This document shows positions 1 through 9,013 of a stretch of DNA of 52,967 bases, one piece after another (the stretch's first letter is position 1; the number at the start of each line of letters is the position of its first letter). The translations under genes were made by a program, and so were the position numbers. The notes beneath the pieces are model-generated. The model saw only the letters and a program-made list of their open reading frames with translations, ran no database searches and was not told the origin of the DNA. This DNA is from Planctomycetia bacterium (GTDB lineage Bacteria > Planctomycetota > Planctomycetia > Pirellulales > PALSA-1355), in assembly GCA_041499515.1 (NCBI GenBank), contig JBGQKM010000002.1, forward strand, positions 1 through 52,967. The letters run 5' to 3'.

Positions 1-60
1 GAAGGCAATGCCGCGGATTTGGATCACGCGACGAAAATCGAATTGATCCGACAACAGTAG
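1..60 (+). CDS. 3' end of an upstream CDS (partial); possibly the C-terminus of a PduL-type phosphotransacylase
   Basis: Frame 1 reads [19 protein letters not shown] with TAG at 58-60. 'E-x-NAA' resembles the DEANAA motif I recall from PduL repeats, and PVM-type loci place pduL before the shell genes. Only 19 codons are visible. Confidence 0.25.
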   Translation, partial: EGNAADLDHATKIELIRQQ

Positions 61-110
61 TCAAGACAACGTTCAGAACGACCCGTTTCTTTTTTTTCGG
101 AGAGTCATTC

Positions 111-410
111 ATGGCAAAAGTAATGGAAGCGCTGGGCATGATCGAAACCAAGGGGTTCATCGCCTTGGTCGAAGCCAGCGACGCGATGATGAAGGCAGCC
201 AACGTGCAATTTCTTGGCTGGGACAAAGTCGGCAGCGGTCTGGTCACCGCGTTCGTGACCGGGGACGTGGCTGCCGTGAAAGCGGCTACCGACGCCGGCG
301 CGGCCGCGGCGGGCCGGATCGGCGAGGTCGTGGGCGTGCAGGTCATTCCTCGCCCGCACGACGACCTGGGCATCGTCATTCCGGAGCCGCGCAAGCAGAG
401 CTCGAAGTAA
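111..410 (+). CDS. BMC-H shell protein (PduA/EutM/CcmK-type hexamer)
   Basis: 99 aa. [23 protein letters not shown]...[14 protein letters not shown] is the canonical single BMC-domain signature. SD GGAGAG at 99-104. Confidence 0.95.
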   Translation: MAKVMEALGMIETKGFIALVEASDAMMKAANVQFLGWDKVGSGLVTAFVTGDVAAVKAATDAGAAAAGRIGEVVGVQVIPRPHDDLGIVIPEPRKQSSK

Positions 411-461
411 CAAGCGACTCGATCACTAAACATTCCACGTCAACGAAGGACAACACGTACC

Positions 462-731
462 ATGAACTTTGCAATCGGACTTATCGAAACCAAGGGCTTG
501 ATCGCTCTGGTTGAAGCCACCGACGCGATGGCCAAGGCGGCCAATGTCGAAATCGTCAAACGCATTTCCATCGGCGGAGCCTATGTCACCACCGTGGTGC
601 GCGGCGACGTCGGAAGCGTGCGAGCTGCCGTTGAGGCGGGCGCCGCCGCGGCCACGCAGGTGGGCGAATTGATCGCCAGCCACGTGATTCCGCGTCCGTC
701 CGAAGGCCTGATGGCGGCTTACTTGTCGTAA
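462..731 (+). CDS. BLC-H shell protein paralog (BMC-H)
   Basis: 89 aa. [26 protein letters not shown]...[14 protein letters not shown] is the same BMC-domain signature. Lies 51 nt after the first shell gene. Confidence 0.95.
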   Translation: MNFAIGLIETKGLIALVEATDAMAKAANVEIVKRISIGGAYVTTVVRGDVGSVRAAVEAGAAAATQVGELIASHVIPRPSEGLMAAYLS

Positions 732-800
732 GCGGACCTGTGTGGCGCGGTGCGGACGGACACTTTGTCGCGCGGCTCCCCGGTGTAAGGATGTTTCGAC

Positions 801-1991
801 ATGAAGGTCCTCGTGGCCAACCTCGGCTCGACGAGTTTCAAGTATCGGCTGTTCGATATGGCCGACGAGCGCCAGCTTGCGCGCGGCGGAATCGAACGGA
901 TCGGTTCGCCCGAAAGTCGTTGCGTGGTCGAAATCGGTTCGGTGCGCCGCGAAATGACGGCGTACGTGCCCGACCATGCCGCGGCGGTCCGGCGCTGCTT
1001 GGAGCAGTTGACTGATCCGGCCGGGGGATGTCTGAAAAACGCCGCGGAAGTATCGGCCATTGGGTTCAAGGCGGTGCATGCCGGCGCGATTAGCGGCGTG
1101 CAACGCGTGACGCCCGAACTCCTGGCCGCCATGGAAGACATGAGCGAGGTGGCTCCGGCTCACAATCCGCCCTACATCGCCGCGATGCGGCTGTTGAGCG
1201 AGAAGTTGCCGGAGATTCCGCTGGTGGCCGCGTTCGAAACGGGCTTTCATCACACGATTCCCGATCGCAATCGGTATTATCCGGCTCCGTATGTATGGGC
1301 CGAAAAATATCACATCCAGCGTTGGGGATTTCACGGCGCCAGCCATCGTTATATCGCCACACGCACGGCCGAGATCCTGGGCCGCAACGATCTGCGCCTC
1401 ATCTCGTGCCACCTGGGCGGCTCCAATTCGCTCTGCGCGATTCGCAATGGCCAGAGCATGGCCACGTCGATGGGCATGAGCCCGCAGTCGGGCATTGCCC
1501 ACAACAACCGCGCCGGCGACTTCGATCCGTTTGCGATCCCGGTGATCATGAAGCACACGGGGCAGACGCTTGCTCAAGTGCTCAAAGAGTTGGCCGAAGG
1601 AAGCGGCCTCTTGGGCTTAAGCGGCATCAGCGGAGACATTCGCGACCTGGAGGAAGCGGCTGCTGAAGGCCATCGGCGGGCTCGGTTGGCTTTGGATGTG
1701 TTTACCTCCGACGTTCGGCACTCGCTCGGCGCGATGCTGGTCGAACTCGGCGGGGCCGACGTGATCGTGTTCACCGGCGGGATCGGCGAACACGGCGTGA
1801 ACATTCGCACCGCCGTCACCAGCGGACTGGAAGAGCTGGGCATCGTGCTCGACCCGGCCGCCAACGCCGCGGCCAAGGGCGAGTCCAAAATCAGCGCTCC
1901 CAACAGCCGGATCCAGATTTGGATCGTGCCCACCAACGAAGAGTTGATCGTGGCCCGACAGACTCAACAACTTGTGGAAGGCAAAGGTTAA
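801..1991 (+). CDS. ackA: Acetate/propionate (acyl) kinase
   Basis: 396 aa. N-terminal [19 protein letters not shown] (ASKHA phosphate-1 motif of acetate kinases), FHGASHRY and TGGIGE motifs. Embedded in the BMC operon. Confidence 0.9.
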   Translation: MKVLVANLGSTSFKYRLFDMADERQLARGGIERIGSPESRCVVEIGSVRREMTAYVPDHAAAVRRCLEQLTDPAGGCLKNAAEVSAIGFKAVHAGAISGVQRVTPELLAAMEDMSEVAPAHNPPYIAAMRLLSEKLPEIPLVAAFETGFHHTIPDRNRYYPAPYVWAEKYHIQRWGFHGASHRYIATRTAEILGRNDLRLISCHLGGSNSLCAIRNGQSMATSMGMSPQSGIAHNNRAGDFDPFAIPVIMKHTGQTLAQVLKELAEGSGLLGLSGISGDIRDLEEAAAEGHRRARLALDVFTSDVRHSLGAMLVELGGADVIVFTGGIGEHGVNIRTAVTSGLEELGIVLDPAANAAAKGESKISAPNSRIQIWIVPTNEELIVARQTQQLVEGKG

Positions 1992-1997
1992 AAACCC

Positions 1998-2330
1998 ATG
2001 TTCGTCGCCAAAGTAACCGGTTCGCTCGTGGCTACGCAAAAAGTCGACTCGATGGTCGGGCACAAGCTGCTGGTGGTCGAACCCTACCGCGTCGATCCGC
2101 AGGACCGCAATCGGCTGGTCACCACGGGCCGGACGTTCGTGGCGGTCGATACGGTTGGAGCCGGCGAGGGGGAGTACGTGCTGATCACGCAAGGCTCCAG
2201 CGCCCGATTGACCCCCGAAACCAAGAATTTGCCGATCGACACGGTCATCGTGGGGCTGATTGACACGGTTCACGTGGATCACAACTGCATTTTTCGCCGC
2301 GAAGACGGCAACACACCTAATCACTCATAA
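1998..2330 (+). CDS. BMC-P vertex (pentamer) protein, EutN/CcmL/PduN family
   Basis: 110 aa. MFVAKVTGSLVATQK...LLVVEP...VAVDTVGAGEGEYVLI...DTVIVGLID is the typical EutN/CcmL pattern. 6 nt after ackA. Confidence 0.9.
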   Translation: MFVAKVTGSLVATQKVDSMVGHKLLVVEPYRVDPQDRNRLVTTGRTFVAVDTVGAGEGEYVLITQGSSARLTPETKNLPIDTVIVGLIDTVHVDHNCIFRREDGNTPNHS

Positions 2331-2359
2331 CTCGGCCTTAGCCAGGGATTTCAAGAACC

Positions 2360-3793
2360 ATGCAAGCTACTGAAGAACTGATTCGCAGCGTGGTGCAGCA
2401 AGTGCTGACCCGAATGAACACCGTTTCGTCTCCGGTCAGCGGCCGCGGATATGTGGGCCGATTCGGCGTGTTCGACTGCGTGGACGAGGCGGTCGCCGCG
2501 GCCACGGAGGCCTTCGAGCAGCTCAGCACCCGCACGATCGAAGACCGCAAACGTATCATTGACCACATTCGCCGCATATCGATCGAACAGTCGGTCGAGC
2601 TGGGCACGATGGAAATGGAAGAAACCAAGATCGGGCGGCTGAAACACAAGATCGAAAAGCTCAAGACCCTCGGCGAGCGCACGCCCGGCGTCGAGTTCAT
2701 GCGCAGCGAGGTGTTCAGCGGCGACCATGGCCTGGCGGTTATCGAGCACGCGCCGTTCGGCGTGATCGGGGTGATTACGCCGGTCACGCACTCGCTGCCC
2801 ACGATTACCGGCAACGCCGTGAGCATGATCGCCGGCGGCAACACCCTGGTCGTCAATCCACACCCCGGCGGCAAGCGCGTCGCAGCCGAAGGCGTGCGTC
2901 GATTCAACCAGGCCATCCATCGCGATTTGGGTATCGACAATCTGATTTGCGTGATCGCGGAACCGACGATTGAATCGGCCGACGCGATCTTCAACCATCG
3001 GGGAATCAAATTGATCTGCGTCACCGGCGGGCCGGCCGTGGCCCGGGCGGCCCTGAAATCGAGCAAGCGGGCGATCGTGGCCGGTCCAGGCAATCCGCCG
3101 GTGGTCGTCGACGAAACGGCCGATCTGGACCGTGCCGCGCGGGCAATCATCGAGGGCGCCGCATACGACAACAATCTGCTGTGTATCGCGGAAAAGGAAG
3201 TCTTCGTGGTCGCCGCGGTGTTCGACAAGATGATGGCTGCCATGGAACGCGCCGGGGCCGTGCGGCTTCACGCGCGCGAGATCGACGCCCTGACCAAAGT
3301 GGCGATTGCCACGGTCGGCGAAGGCGATCACAAACACCAGGTGGCCGCCAAGGATTTCATCGGACAGGACGCCGCCGTGCTGGCCCGGGCGGCCGGCAAG
3401 CACGTGCCGAAAGACACTGAATTGGTGTTCGGTGAGACCGACGAGTTCAACCCGTTCGTGCCGGTCGAGCAGATGATGCCGTTCGTGCCCTTCGTGCGGG
3501 TCCGCGACGTCGACGAAGCCATCGCCAAAGCCAAGCACTACGAGCACGGGTTCCGCCATACGGCCATCATCCACTCGACCAACGTGCGAAACATGACCAA
3601 GATGGGCCGGGCCCTGGACACGACCTTGTTCGTGAAAAACGGTCCTTGTATGGCCTCATTAGGTTTGGGGGGCGAAGGTTATCTGTCGTTTTCCATCGCC
3701 ACGCCGACCGGCGAAGGCGTGACCACGCCGCTGACCTTCACCCGCGAGCGACGCTGCTCGTTGATCGACGACTTACGAATCTTGGGCAAGTAA
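2360..3793 (+). CDS. CoA-acylating aldehyde dehydrogenase (PduP/EutE-like) with an N-terminal encapsulation-type helix
   Basis: 477 aa. [23 protein letters not shown] (catalytic Cys context of PduP/EutE) and GEG near the C-terminus. N-terminal amphipathic [17 protein letters not shown] followed by a flexible linker. Confidence 0.9.
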   Translation: MQATEELIRSVVQQVLTRMNTVSSPVSGRGYVGRFGVFDCVDEAVAAATEAFEQLSTRTIEDRKRIIDHIRRISIEQSVELGTMEMEETKIGRLKHKIEKLKTLGERTPGVEFMRSEVFSGDHGLAVIEHAPFGVIGVITPVTHSLPTITGNAVSMIAGGNTLVVNPHPGGKRVAAEGVRRFNQAIHRDLGIDNLICVIAEPTIESADAIFNHRGIKLICVTGGPAVARAALKSSKRAIVAGPGNPPVVVDETADLDRAARAIIEGAAYDNNLLCIAEKEVFVVAAVFDKMMAAMERAGAVRLHAREIDALTKVAIATVGEGDHKHQVAAKDFIGQDAAVLARAAGKHVPKDTELVFGETDEFNPFVPVEQMMPFVPFVRVRDVDEAIAKAKHYEHGFRHTAIIHSTNVRNMTKMGRALDTTLFVKNGPCMASLGLGGEGYLSFSIATPTGEGVTTPLTFTRERRCSLIDDLRILGK

Positions 3794-3818
3794 CACGGTA
3801 AATACTGAGGCACCGACA

Positions 3819-4076
3819 ATGCAAGCGGGCGTGGTAGTAGGCACGGCGAATTCGACCGTCAAGCATTCCTCCCTCCAGGGCTGGAAGATGCTCGTCGTGC
3901 AGTTCTACGGCGTCGACGGTCGCACGCCCGACGGCGAGCCGGTGATCGCGGTCGATACGCTGGGGGCCGGCAGAGGCGAAACGGTGCTGCTCTCTAGCGA
4001 CGGCAAGGGAACGCGAGCGCTGCTGAAGAGTGAGACGACGCCGGTGCGTTGGAGTGTGATCGGAATTCAAGACTGA
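3819..4076 (+). CDS. BMC-P vertex protein paralog 2
   Basis: 85 aa. GVVVGTANSTVKH...MLVVQ...IAVDTLGAGRGETVLL...WSVIGI is the EutN/CcmL pattern. Confidence 0.9.
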   Translation: MQAGVVVGTANSTVKHSSLQGWKMLVVQFYGVDGRTPDGEPVIAVDTLGAGRGETVLLSSDGKGTRALLKSETTPVRWSVIGIQD

Positions 4077-4131
4077 GCAGGGCCGAACGAGCGAGCCGTC
4101 GGCCGGGCGTGCATCGAAAGAAGCGATTGAC

Positions 4132-4422
4132 ATGAGAATCGGAGAAGTCATCGGAACCATCACCCTGAATCGGGCTCATGCGAGTCTCGACGCGGCCAGC
4201 TATCGGCTGGTCATTCCGCTGACGCTGGATGATTTGGCCGGCGGGGCGAGGCCGGCCGGCGAGGCCCTGGTGGTGTACGACGAGCTGGGGGCAGGCGTCG
4301 GCAGCCGGATCGCGTTTAGTGAAGGGGGTGAGGCCGCCCAGCCGTTCCATCCCGAAATGAAGCCCGTCGATGCCTACAACGCGGCGATCCTGGACGATAT
4401 CCAGCTCGACGCCCGGCCTTAA
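4132..4422 (+). CDS. BMC-P vertex protein paralog 3 (divergent)
   Basis: 96 aa. MRIGEVIGTITLNRAH...LVVYDELGAGVGSRIAFSEG...DAYNAAILDDI is EutN/CcmL-like but more diverged. Confidence 0.85.
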   Translation: MRIGEVIGTITLNRAHASLDAASYRLVIPLTLDDLAGGARPAGEALVVYDELGAGVGSRIAFSEGGEAAQPFHPEMKPVDAYNAAILDDIQLDARP

Positions 4423-4480
4423 ACCAAAAGATAGACATCCAAATTAATCGTTTTCCATCGACCACAGAAATCAAACACGC

Positions 4481-5356
4481 ATGCAAAATCTTCATCAACT
4501 GAAGCTCGAGATCTGCGACATCGGCCGGCGGATCTATAACAAAGGATTTGCGGCCGGCAACGATGGCAATATCAGCTTTCGTTTGGGTCCCAATGAAGTG
4601 CTCTGCACGCCCACGATGGTTAGCAAGGGCTTTTTGAAGCCCGACGACCTTTGCACCTGCGACATGGATGGCAAGCAGCTTAGCGGTCGCCGCAAGCGGA
4701 CCAGCGAAGTGCTTTTGCACCTGGCGATCATGAAAGAGCGGCCCGACGTGAAGAGCGTCGTGCATTGCCATCCGCCCCATGCCACCGCGTTTGCCGTGGC
4801 CCACGAGCCGATCCCCCAGTGCGTGCTGCCCGAGGTGGAGGTGTTTCTGGGCGATGTCCCGATCACGAAGTATGAAACGCCGGGCGGCCAGGCGTTCGCC
4901 GAAACCGTGATACCGTTCGTCAAGAAGTGCAACGTGATCATTCTGGCCAATCACGGCACGGTCAGTTTCGGCGAGAGTGTCGAACGGGCCTACTGGTGGA
5001 CCGAAATCCTCGATGCCTATTGCCGAATCCTGATGCTCGCGCGGGACCTGGGAAAGATCAACTACTTTTCAGAAGGCAAGGAGCGCGAGCTGCTCGATCT
5101 GAAAACCAAATGGGGCTATACCGACGCCCGTCTGGCCCCGGGCATGGAAAACTGCGACATCTGCGCCAACGACGTGTTTCGCAGCAGTTGGACCGATAGC
5201 GGCATCGAGCGGCGGGCCTTCGATCCGCCCCCCGCGATGCGGCCGAATGCAACGGCCAAGACCGCGCCATCCGAGCCCGGCGCGGGCGACGTCGATCAAG
5301 AGGCACTGATCAAAACGATCACCGAGCGGGTGATGGCCGCGCTCGGAGGAAAATAA
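4481..5356 (+). CDS. Class II (metal-dependent) aldolase, fuculose/rhamnulose-1-phosphate aldolase family, with a C-terminal encapsulation-type helix
   Basis: 291 aa. GNDGNISFR, SEVLLHLAIM, VVHCHPPHATAF and LANHG are class II aldolase/adducin-family Zn-His motifs. A Pro/Ala-rich linker precedes the terminal helix QEALIKTITERVMAALGGK. Confidence 0.9.
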   Translation: MQNLHQLKLEICDIGRRIYNKGFAAGNDGNISFRLGPNEVLCTPTMVSKGFLKPDDLCTCDMDGKQLSGRRKRTSEVLLHLAIMKERPDVKSVVHCHPPHATAFAVAHEPIPQCVLPEVEVFLGDVPITKYETPGGQAFAETVIPFVKKCNVIILANHGTVSFGESVERAYWWTEILDAYCRILMLARDLGKINYFSEGKERELLDLKTKWGYTDARLAPGMENCDICANDVFRSSWTDSGIERRAFDPPPAMRPNATAKTAPSEPGAGDVDQEALIKTITERVMAALGGK

Positions 5357-5379
5357 TCGGCCCGCGGAAAAATAAATCT

Positions 5380-6324
5380 ATGAAAGTCAGCATTATCGGC
5401 GGCGGCGGGCTGGTTGGCTCGTGCACTGCCTTCGCTCTGCAAACCGGAAAGATCGTGCGCGAGATCGCGCTGTTGGACGTCAACGCCGAGCTCGTTGCCG
5501 GACAAGCGCTCGATCTGCTGCACGGCGCAAGCCTGATGGCCGATCAGGTGATCACCTCCGGCAGCTACGAACACATTCCCACCAGCGATCTGATTTGCAT
5601 CACGGCCGGATTGCGGCGCAAGCCCGACGAGAGCCGCCTGGACCTGATCAACCGCAACGTCGATTTGTTTCTCGGCATTCTGAAGGACATCCAGCAGGCC
5701 GGGCACAAGCCGGACGTCACGGTGCTGGTGGTTTCCAATCCGGTGGACGTGCTGACCTATCTGGCGGCCCAGCGGCTTGAATTGCCGCGTGGCCGGGTGC
5801 TGGGCTTGGGCACGCAGTTGGACACGATCCGCTTCCGGGCGCTGATCGCGGCCCAACTCTCTGCCCCGCCCACACAAGTCAAGGCCCTGATCCTGGGCGA
5901 GCACGGTGACAGCATGGTGCCGATCTGGTCCAGCGCGACGATCGCCGGATTGTCCCTGGAAAAGTTCCCGGGATGGAACGCTCATCTGGCCGGTGAACTG
6001 TTCGCCCGCACCAAGGGCTCAGGCGCCGAAGTGATCAAGAAGAAGGGGGGCGCCGGTTTCGCGGTTGGCCTGGCCATTCAAGAGGTGATCGAGGCGGTGG
6101 CGCTAGACCGCCGGGCGATTTTGCCGGTCTCGTCGGTTCAACGCGGGTGTTATGGGATTCGCGACGTCGCGTTTTCGGTGCCGACCGTGGTCGGAGCCGG
6201 CGGCGTGCTTGCGACGCATGAGATCGAGCTTTGGCCCAAGGAAGCGCAGGCACTGCGCACCAGCGCCCAGGTGTTGCGACAAACCATCGACACGGTGCTC
6301 GATCGACTCAAACAAGGAAAATAA
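5380..6324 (+). CDS. NAD-dependent 2-hydroxyacid dehydrogenase of the LDH/MDH family
   Basis: 314 aa. MKVSIIGGGGLVGS Rossmann motif, ITAGLRRKPDESRLDL substrate loop, VSNPVD and GEHGDS catalytic-His motif. 23 nt after the aldolase. Confidence 0.85.
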   Translation: MKVSIIGGGGLVGSCTAFALQTGKIVREIALLDVNAELVAGQALDLLHGASLMADQVITSGSYEHIPTSDLICITAGLRRKPDESRLDLINRNVDLFLGILKDIQQAGHKPDVTVLVVSNPVDVLTYLAAQRLELPRGRVLGLGTQLDTIRFRALIAAQLSAPPTQVKALILGEHGDSMVPIWSSATIAGLSLEKFPGWNAHLAGELFARTKGSGAEVIKKKGGAGFAVGLAIQEVIEAVALDRRAILPVSSVQRGCYGIRDVAFSVPTVVGAGGVLATHEIELWPKEAQALRTSAQVLRQTIDTVLDRLKQGK

Positions 6325-6351
6325 GCGGACCACTCGCCGGGTAATTTCGAC

Positions 6352-7605
6352 ATGCAAAAATCTCTGGATCGCAAACTCGCCGCCATGCACGCCGATCCGT
6401 CGGGCGCGAAGGATTTTATTCTGGCCGACGCCAAAGACGCCGACATGGCTTTTGGAATCGGCTCGCCGGGCAAATCGCCCGAGATGCACGCCGGTGAAGT
6501 CCGCATGCGAACCCTGGCCGAGTATCGCGAAAATATCCGACAGATCACGCGCCAGGGCCTGATCGACATCATGCTCATGTCGGCCAGCAGCAATGACGTG
6601 CTCACGATTGGCGAGGGGTTGTTCGAGAACAGCCACGTCACGCCTGCGGCTCGGGCCAACGACACCAGTGACGTGTTTGCGGTGCGCCACGGACGGTACG
6701 TCAGCGAGCCGGCCCGGCCGTTCCGTTCGGCGATGCTCGACCACATCCAATGCGGCCACGTCGATTGCGATCCGGCTGATCGCGCCCGAGGGGCCGACCT
6801 GGGGCTTTACAGCGTCACGTTCAACAACCGCCTGGAGGACGACCTGGTTTCGCTGGAATATTACCGGAAATTCCGCGAAGAGGCCGAACGCAAGAATTTC
6901 AAGCACTTCCTCGAAATCTTCGATCCCAACGCCCCGCAGGGACTGACTGCCGAAAACACGCCGCAATTCATCAACGACTGCATCGCGCGGACTCTGGCCG
7001 GAGTCGCCACCGCGGGGAGGCCGATTTTCTTGAAGATCGTCTATCACGGCCCCCGCGCGATGGAAGAGCTCGTGGCCTACGATCCTCACTTGATCGTCGG
7101 CATCTTGGGCGGCGGCGCGGGCACGACCTACGATGCCTTCAAACTGATCGCCGAAGCGCAGAAACACGGCGCTCGGGCGGCGCTGTTCGGCCGCAAAATC
7201 AACAACGCCGAATGCCAGTTGGCCTTTGTCGAATTCTTGCGACGCATCGTCGATCACGAAGTGACGCCCGAAGAGGCCGTCCGCGCCTACCATGGCGTGC
7301 TGGAACATTTGAAAATCAAGCCGCAACGCGCGTTGGCCGACGACATGCAGTTGCAAAGCGGCCTGATGAGCTATGGCGGATCCGCAAGCGTGAGCGTTCC
7401 GGCGGGCATTCCCCGCCAGCCTTCCGGCAAGCCCGCAACCAAGCATGATTGCGGATGCGGTGGTCCCGATTCGGGCCAGTGCCATTGTCACGACAAGAAG
7501 CCGGCTGCGCCAGTCGAGATCGACGGCCCGCCCGACTTCGCCCGCATGACCCCGGCCGAGAAGCTGGCCTACAACAAGGCCAAGCGCGACCGCATCTTCG
7601 GCTAA
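6352..7605 (+). CDS. Uncharacterised protein, possibly a class I aldolase-like TIM barrel, with a C-terminal Cys/His cluster and a basic helix
   Basis: 417 aa with protein-like composition. The last part of the core (IFLKIVYHG...GILGGGAGT...ALFGRKINNAE) resembles the GR-x-I/F-Q end of DhnA/LsrF/LacD-type aldolases (from memory, weak). HDCGCGGPDSGQCHCH at 7444-7491. 27 nt after the LDH-like gene. The CDS call is solid; the function is not. Confidence 0.5.
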   Translation: MQKSLDRKLAAMHADPSGAKDFILADAKDADMAFGIGSPGKSPEMHAGEVRMRTLAEYRENIRQITRQGLIDIMLMSASSNDVLTIGEGLFENSHVTPAARANDTSDVFAVRHGRYVSEPARPFRSAMLDHIQCGHVDCDPADRARGADLGLYSVTFNNRLEDDLVSLEYYRKFREEAERKNFKHFLEIFDPNAPQGLTAENTPQFINDCIARTLAGVATAGRPIFLKIVYHGPRAMEELVAYDPHLIVGILGGGAGTTYDAFKLIAEAQKHGARAALFGRKINNAECQLAFVEFLRRIVDHEVTPEEAVRAYHGVLEHLKIKPQRALADDMQLQSGLMSYGGSASVSVPAGIPRQPSGKPATKHDCGCGGPDSGQCHCHDKKPAAPVEIDGPPDFARMTPAEKLAYNKAKRDRIFG

Positions 7606-7803
7606 GGCTCTCGTGATGCATGGCAGGCGCCCAGTGTCCTGTCTTTCGGCGCACCAGCAAAGGAAGCGCGATCGACGGCCGGGCTTGCTTTGGACAGCGC
7701 AGAATTGACGCCGGCCGGTGACCACGTTACTTTCACGCTATGGTTGCCCGTCGGCGCCGCAGACCGATTCGCCCGCGAAGTGACCAGAAAGGACCATTGC
7801 ACG

Positions 7804-8838
7804 ATGATTCGCGTCCTTGTTTGCCGGTCGTTGTTGGCCTTGTTCGTGTTGGCCTTTGCGCGCGAGGCCTTGGCTGACCCTCTCGCCGTGCGGAAGGTTC
7901 AACTGAAGTACCGCTGTGAAATCACGAAAGTCCCGCAGGGCGCGAAGACAGTGGACTTGTGGATTCCCATGTTCTCGAACAACGAGCGGCAGACCATTCG
8001 ATTGCTGAACACGAGCGACCTGGGCGCGGGTCGCATCACTCAGGACAAGGTTTTTGGAAACCGCTTGTATTATCGCCGGTATGAGCTGCCCTCGGTCGCC
8101 GGCGGCGAAAACACGGCCGACCGCGGCGCGCCGATCAAAGTCGAGTTGGTCTACGACGTGGAAGTGCGCGAAGCGTCGGTGGCGGCGGCCAAGCAATTGA
8201 TTTCGACAACCGCGGGCGTGCCGGCCGGAGAGTTTGCGCCGTATTTGACAGAGTCACGGATGATTCCCATCAAGGGCCGCATCAGCGAATTGGCACGTGG
8301 CATCAAACTGCCGGAGGGCGAACCGCTGCGTGCTGGCCGCGCGATCTACGACCATCTGGTCAACACGATGGTCTACAACTATCTAGCGCCAGGCGCGGGA
8401 CAGGGCAACGCAGTCTGGGCCTGCGACAGCAAGACGGGCGACTGTACTGATTTTAATTCGGTGTTCATCGGCGTGTGCCGCTGGCGGGGTATTCCGGCCG
8501 ATCACGTTTTCGGCCTGCCGATGCCACCGGAAAAGCCCGCCGGCGAGATCAAGTATTGCCATTGCTGGGCGCGGTTCTGGGTGGCCGACGTGGGCTGGAT
8601 TCCGATCGACACCTCGCGGGCCAACAAGTTTCCCAAGGACCGCGAGTATTATTTCGGCACGATTGGCAGCACCTGGGTCACCCTGGCGCACGGCCGCGAC
8701 GTCGTCCTCGAACCGCCGCAGCAGGGTCCACCGATCAACATGCTGCACGGGCCGGTGGCCGAAATCGACGGCCAGCCGTTCGAAGGCGTCCGCTGGTTGG
8801 CGCACTACGAGGACCGTCAGGACTCCACCGCGAACTAA
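7804..8838 (+). CDS. Secreted transglutaminase-like cysteine protease-fold protein
   Basis: Start moved to the ATG at 7804, giving the signal peptide MIRVLVCRSLLALFVLAFAREALA. TGDCTDFNSVFIGVCRWRGIPADHVFG ... HCWARFWVADVGWIPIDTS is the Cys-His-Asp transglutaminase-core pattern. Confidence 0.85.
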   Translation: MIRVLVCRSLLALFVLAFAREALADPLAVRKVQLKYRCEITKVPQGAKTVDLWIPMFSNNERQTIRLLNTSDLGAGRITQDKVFGNRLYYRRYELPSVAGGENTADRGAPIKVELVYDVEVREASVAAAKQLISTTAGVPAGEFAPYLTESRMIPIKGRISELARGIKLPEGEPLRAGRAIYDHLVNTMVYNYLAPGAGQGNAVWACDSKTGDCTDFNSVFIGVCRWRGIPADHVFGLPMPPEKPAGEIKYCHCWARFWVADVGWIPIDTSRANKFPKDREYYFGTIGSTWVTLAHGRDVVLEPPQQGPPINMLHGPVAEIDGQPFEGVRWLAHYEDRQDSTAN

Positions 8839-9013
8839 CTGTATTTGCTGACGTTCAATAAACAACGGACAGCTACATGATCCGGGGCGGCGGCAACATC
8901 CAGAGCAAGCAGGCGAACTAGGCGACAAGATGTCGCGGCCCAGCGAGGAATCCTGATGCCTCTGAAATCGGAATTCGTGTGTTCCCGGAATCAGTTCGCT
9001 CGTCAAGGAATTC

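Noticed and set aside
2351-3574. 407-aa minus-strand ORF opposite the aldehyde dehydrogenase. The same phenomenon occurs at 6103-7725, 13540-14370, 20723-21943, 25445-26770, 26733-28367, 32268-33581, 39882-41030, 41743-42561 and 51631-52884.
   Set aside because: The translations are Arg/Gly/Ala/Pro/His-rich with no recognisable motifs. In each case the opposite strand encodes a protein with clear family signatures. These are typical antisense shadow ORFs of high-GC DNA.
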